A DNA stretch of 64,000 nt from an uncultured bacterium. GTDB taxonomy: Bacteria > Verrucomicrobiota > Verrucomicrobiia > Verrucomicrobiales > DEV007. The notes under the pieces were generated by a model. The model worked only from the letters and a program-made list of their open reading frames with translations, searched no databases and was not told the DNA's origin. A program made the translations under genes and the position numbers. Below, piece after piece: positions 60,677-64,000 of the stretch (position 1 is the first letter of the stretch; each line of letters opens with the position of its first letter). The DNA lies in NCBI GenBank assembly GCA_963977015.1, contig CAXBMO010000008.1:160001-224000 (forward strand). The letters are read 5' to 3'.

Positions 60677-63013
60677 CTATCGGGTCATCGCGGTCAGCAG
60701 ATTCTTCGTCGAGGTGATCAGCACCGTGATCGGCTTGTTGACTTTCGCGGAATCCTCAACGGGCTGATCCGTTGATTGGATTTGCGAAGACTTTTGCCCT
60801 TTCCGGTTCGACTCGGGAATGCCGATGAAAATGAAGAGCGGGATGAGCAAAATGGCAGCGACCTGTGCGACGAGCGACGTGGTCGAGGCGATCCGACGTC
60901 CGAGAGGGGCCGTTGGCGTGTCGGCGCGATCGGTTTCCGGTTCCAGTTCCTCCGTCTTTTTGAATGGGATCGTTTTCGGATCCGCTTCGGGGCTCTCTGC
61001 GGCAATTTCGTCCGGAAGTTCGAGTTTCACTTCAGATGCCTCTTGGGTGGCTTCAGTTTCAGCCTCTCGTTCGGCGGCGGCTGCGAGCATGGCTTCGCCC
61101 ACGCCAAGGGGCGGTTCATAGCGATAATCCATTTCGCCGCGCGCCCAAAGCATTGCGGGCTCTTCGTCAAGAGGTGCAGCCGGGATGATTTCGCCGCTCT
61201 CCTCATCAATCAGTTCGCCCTTGTAAAAGGCACGGCGTTTGATGCCAATCGCGACGGTCTCGGGAACCTCTTTTTCGTCCTCATCAGGATGTGAGGACTT
61301 GGCCGACTCCGCATCCGTCACGACCTTGCCGTTGGGGGCACCGGCCCACAGATAGGAGCTGAACGCGGGCTCTTCCGGAGCGTCTTCAATGCCGGCGGCA
61401 AACGCGGCGACCAACTCGGCCGGAGTCTGGACGGGATCGTTTTCGCGAATTTTGCGACCACAACTCTCGAAAAGGCTGAAGAGACCATCGGAAAGGCTCT
61501 CACGGGGAAGTTCGCCGGTTCTGCCGGTCAGCAGCTCAATCGCGAGCGCGATGAAGCGTTGGTGAAGCAATTCCGGATGGCCTTGCTTGAGATCGACAAT
61601 GGCGGACTCAATCTCAGATTCCGGCTGAATCAGCGCTCGCATCGCGGCGTGGGTCCGCAGCTTGACCACAAACGTGGGCCACATTTCGATACGGCGTTCG
61701 AGCAGTTGGCGCAAATCGGCCTGGGTCGTTCGTTGCTGGAAGCAAACCTGGAAATCGCGGGGGCGCAGTTGGCGGACGTCAATTCCGCATTCCGTGGCCT
61801 GGTTGAGCCCGTGAACGACCTGACGCAGCAAGACCAAGGCTTCGACCGGCTTGAGTCGCCCTTTGATGCGCAGGAGATAGGGAAGCGGGAAACCCGGCCA
61901 GTTTTCTTCCGCGAGATAAATGGCGGTATTCGACTCCCACCCCTCAAAAACGTCCATCAAATGGGGAAACTGCGCCATATCCGCCTCGTCGAGTTGAGGC
62001 GGAATCGGAGTGTAGTGCTGCGAGGAAATGATGCGGAAAGGCGGCAAAATCTGCATGCCCACGCGGTCACCGGTGTCGGACTCCACCAAATGGCGGCGGA
62101 ACGGATCTTTCGGGCCAAACGCGCGTTCATCGTCTCGAAATCGCTCGGTCAATTCCGTGGGCAGGGCCGGATCGGGAATCAGATGTCGCTCAAGCGTGGT
62201 GCGGGGATAAAACTTGCTGGAGACAACCAGATGACGTCGCTGGGTCCGAGCCAGAAAACTCCGTTGAACGGATTTGAACGCTTCCTGAAGCGCCTCATCA
62301 AGAGCGGAAAGCTTGAGAGGCCCGGAAACGGCGCCCGTCAGCAGGTCCTTGATCAGCCGGCGCAGAGCCAGGGGCAGGCCGCTCAGTTTGATTTTCGCAC
62401 CGGTTTCGCCATCTGCCGGACGTTCCTGGCCGGTCATCATGGTGAGCAGCGTCCAGGCAAACTCCCGAACCAGACTGGAATCCCCCAAAGACGGATCCGG
62501 CTCTTCACAGGCCAACCCAAAATCGACAATCTGGATGGTGAGGTTTCCGCCTTCGCCGACCGTCAGCATCGCGTTGTTCAGGCTGATCGAACTGAGAACG
62601 CGCTGATAGTTGTTGCTCAACCTGGTCAGGCGCTCGCTCAGATCGACGGCAAGCCCAAGCGCGGTTTCCACTGGAATGGGGCCCATCCGGCGGACATATT
62701 CCGTGATCGGTTCGCCATTGTTGATGTTGGCGGTGTAAAACAGGCTGCCGTTGAGCGAATCGCCTTTGAGGAGAGATGAGAACCCGGCATTGCCGCGAAG
62801 GGCCCGGACCAACCGGAAGCGCTCAAAAAAGCAGTGGTGCTCGAACGCGGTAAATTTGGTCGGCTTTTGCAGCAGATGCAGCTCAACGAGATTGCGTTTT
62901 CCGGTGTCGTAGGCCAGGCAAACTGTTTCGCCACGAGCTTGATAAAGCTCGATTGGCTTGCCGTTGGAGTCCCGGGAGATCTCGTAACGGCCGAATTTCT
63001 CTAAATCTGGCAT
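60677..63013 (-). CDS. Membrane-anchored tandem Ser/Thr kinase-like (pseudokinase) protein
   Basis: FGRYEI start, IVDFGLA, second kinase-like block (LRIKGRLKPVEALVLLRQVVHGL), acidic linker, C-terminal TM. Confidence 0.6.
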   Translation of the reverse strand: MPDLEKFGRYEISRDSNGKPIELYQARGETVCLAYDTGKRNLVELHLLQKPTKFTAFEHHCFFERFRLVRALRGNAGFSSLLKGDSLNGSLFYTANINNGEPITEYVRRMGPIPVETALGLAVDLSERLTRLSNNYQRVLSSISLNNAMLTVGEGGNLTIQIVDFGLACEEPDPSLGDSSLVREFAWTLLTMMTGQERPADGETGAKIKLSGLPLALRRLIKDLLTGAVSGPLKLSALDEALQEAFKSVQRSFLARTQRRHLVVSSKFYPRTTLERHLIPDPALPTELTERFRDDERAFGPKDPFRRHLVESDTGDRVGMQILPPFRIISSQHYTPIPPQLDEADMAQFPHLMDVFEGWESNTAIYLAEENWPGFPLPYLLRIKGRLKPVEALVLLRQVVHGLNQATECGIDVRQLRPRDFQVCFQQRTTQADLRQLLERRIEMWPTFVVKLRTHAAMRALIQPESEIESAIVDLKQGHPELLHQRFIALAIELLTGRTGELPRESLSDGLFSLFESCGRKIRENDPVQTPAELVAAFAAGIEDAPEEPAFSSYLWAGAPNGKVVTDAESAKSSHPDEDEKEVPETVAIGIKRRAFYKGELIDEESGEIIPAAPLDEEPAMLWARGEMDYRYEPPLGVGEAMLAAAAEREAETEATQEASEVKLELPDEIAAESPEADPKTIPFKKTEELEPETDRADTPTAPLGRRIASTTSLVAQVAAILLIPLFIFIGIPESNRKGQKSSQIQSTDQPVEDSAKVNKPITVLITSTKNLLTAMTR

Positions 63014-63121
63014 GCTGGAAGGCTGCAAAACTGAAAATTGGCCTCAGTTATGATAATGCCTAATTTTTCCTAAGTATCAACAATTCTTATCTAAAAAATA
63101 ACAATTATTGATAGAAAATCC

Positions 63122-63940
63122 TTAATCCATTTTTTTCACAATAGCAAAAATTGCCGCGAAGCTCGTAGTCGTTTGGATTTCAGGATGAGTTTCCCGGTCG
63201 TAAAATTCCGAGATATCGCCATCGAGGTAGAGAGCGTTGGGGCAGTCCCATTCGAGAAAAAGACGGGCGAAAGTATGAAGATTGATCTGACCTTTTTCGC
63301 TCCGCTCGGTCGCCAGGAAAACGATTTTGCCCTCTCGATTCACCCCAACCCCGTTTCGCAGCAGCCGGCTGGTTGATCCAGCACGAAACGCGGGATGGAT
63401 CCTGCTCTGATGCAGCAACAACGGGCCGGATTGGACGCCGAGATGCGGTTTTCGACCGCTTCTCGCGAATTCCTCGGTTTCGAGAACGGCCGGTCCGGTC
63501 TCGTCGATGATGAAAACACCATTCGGCTTGAGGTAAAAGTTGGGCGTGTATTGCCCGGGTTTCAAAGGTGGAACTGGCTTTTGGTTCAGGGGCACCAGCG
63601 TCCGGCCGTTTTCGATGTGGAGGCCGGTTGGAATGAATCCCGGTTCATAGATCCCCGCATTGGTCGCGAAGCGGAGCTGATTACCCTTTTGATTCAAATT
63701 CGCCTCGAGTTTGCGAAAGGTCGTGAAGGGCTGGCCCGTCTCATCTTTCCAGAACAATTTTAACTCTTCTTTTGCCGGATCAACCACATAGACCTGATAA
63801 CGGATTCCTTCGAATTCCCGCGTTTGCGCCGTCGTCCTACCAAACACACCGCACATCACGAGCAGAACCGAGACGAGCTGCGAAACGGATCGAGCTAGAG
63901 ATTTGCGGGAGCACGCTAACAAAAAACGATCACAATTCAT
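63122..63940 (-). CDS. Phosphodiester glycosidase family protein (YigE/DUF2233-like)
   Basis: FATNAGIY, GLHIENG, NFYLKPNGVF, QSGPLL, RNGVG, ALYLDG; start uncertain. Confidence 0.85.
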   Translation of the reverse strand: MNCDRFLLACSRKSLARSVSQLVSVLLVMCGVFGRTTAQTREFEGIRYQVYVVDPAKEELKLFWKDETGQPFTTFRKLEANLNQKGNQLRFATNAGIYEPGFIPTGLHIENGRTLVPLNQKPVPPLKPGQYTPNFYLKPNGVFIIDETGPAVLETEEFARSGRKPHLGVQSGPLLLHQSRIHPAFRAGSTSRLLRNGVGVNREGKIVFLATERSEKGQINLHTFARLFLEWDCPNALYLDGDISEFYDRETHPEIQTTTSFAAIFAIVKKMD

Positions 63941-64000
63941 GAGCAAGGGGAGCAAATTGTTGTACCTTGCAGGGAAGAATTCCCTGCGAGACAAAAAACC

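Overview
Chromosomal core region of a moderately GC-rich bacterium, most likely Verrucomicrobiota. That call is inferred from a PVC-type ribosomal cluster lacking tuf and rpmD, scarce Shine-Dalgarno sites, and the sulfatase, DUF6807 and secretin content. From left to right the window holds: the 5' part of priA; a PlcP/LpxH-like phosphoesterase plus GT4 pair facing a GH67-like gene; SulP; rplU-rpmA; mlaEFD; an RND efflux triad; and a partial type II secretion cluster (GspL/M/C-like/D). Next comes the str-S10-spc-alpha ribosomal superoperon (rpsL to rpsD), then a mixed accessory and metabolic region: M14 peptidase, nagA, an FHA-class III cyclase, TIR-TM-WD40, beta-oxidation genes, ndh, a sulfatase, tatD, parE, a tandem pseudokinase and a phosphodiester glycosidase. 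Four things stand out. (1) A signalling/immune-like locus pairs a cyclase with a non-canonical base-specificity residue and a Toll-like TIR receptor, with an unannotated ~90-nt sRNA candidate between them. (2) The translation and translocation apparatus looks remodelled: EF-G with altered domain IV tips, an L22-HhH fusion, S3 Gly/Arg repeats, an acidic S11 extension, SecY with an extra C-terminal TM, and an exported protein encoded inside the S10 operon. (3) A putative phosphate-starvation lipid-remodelling module sits beside a candidate glucuronidase. (4) A 580-bp non-coding insert splits the T2SS genes. No tRNA, rRNA, CRISPR array or transposase was seen. All protein calls come from motif recognition by eye, not from database searches.
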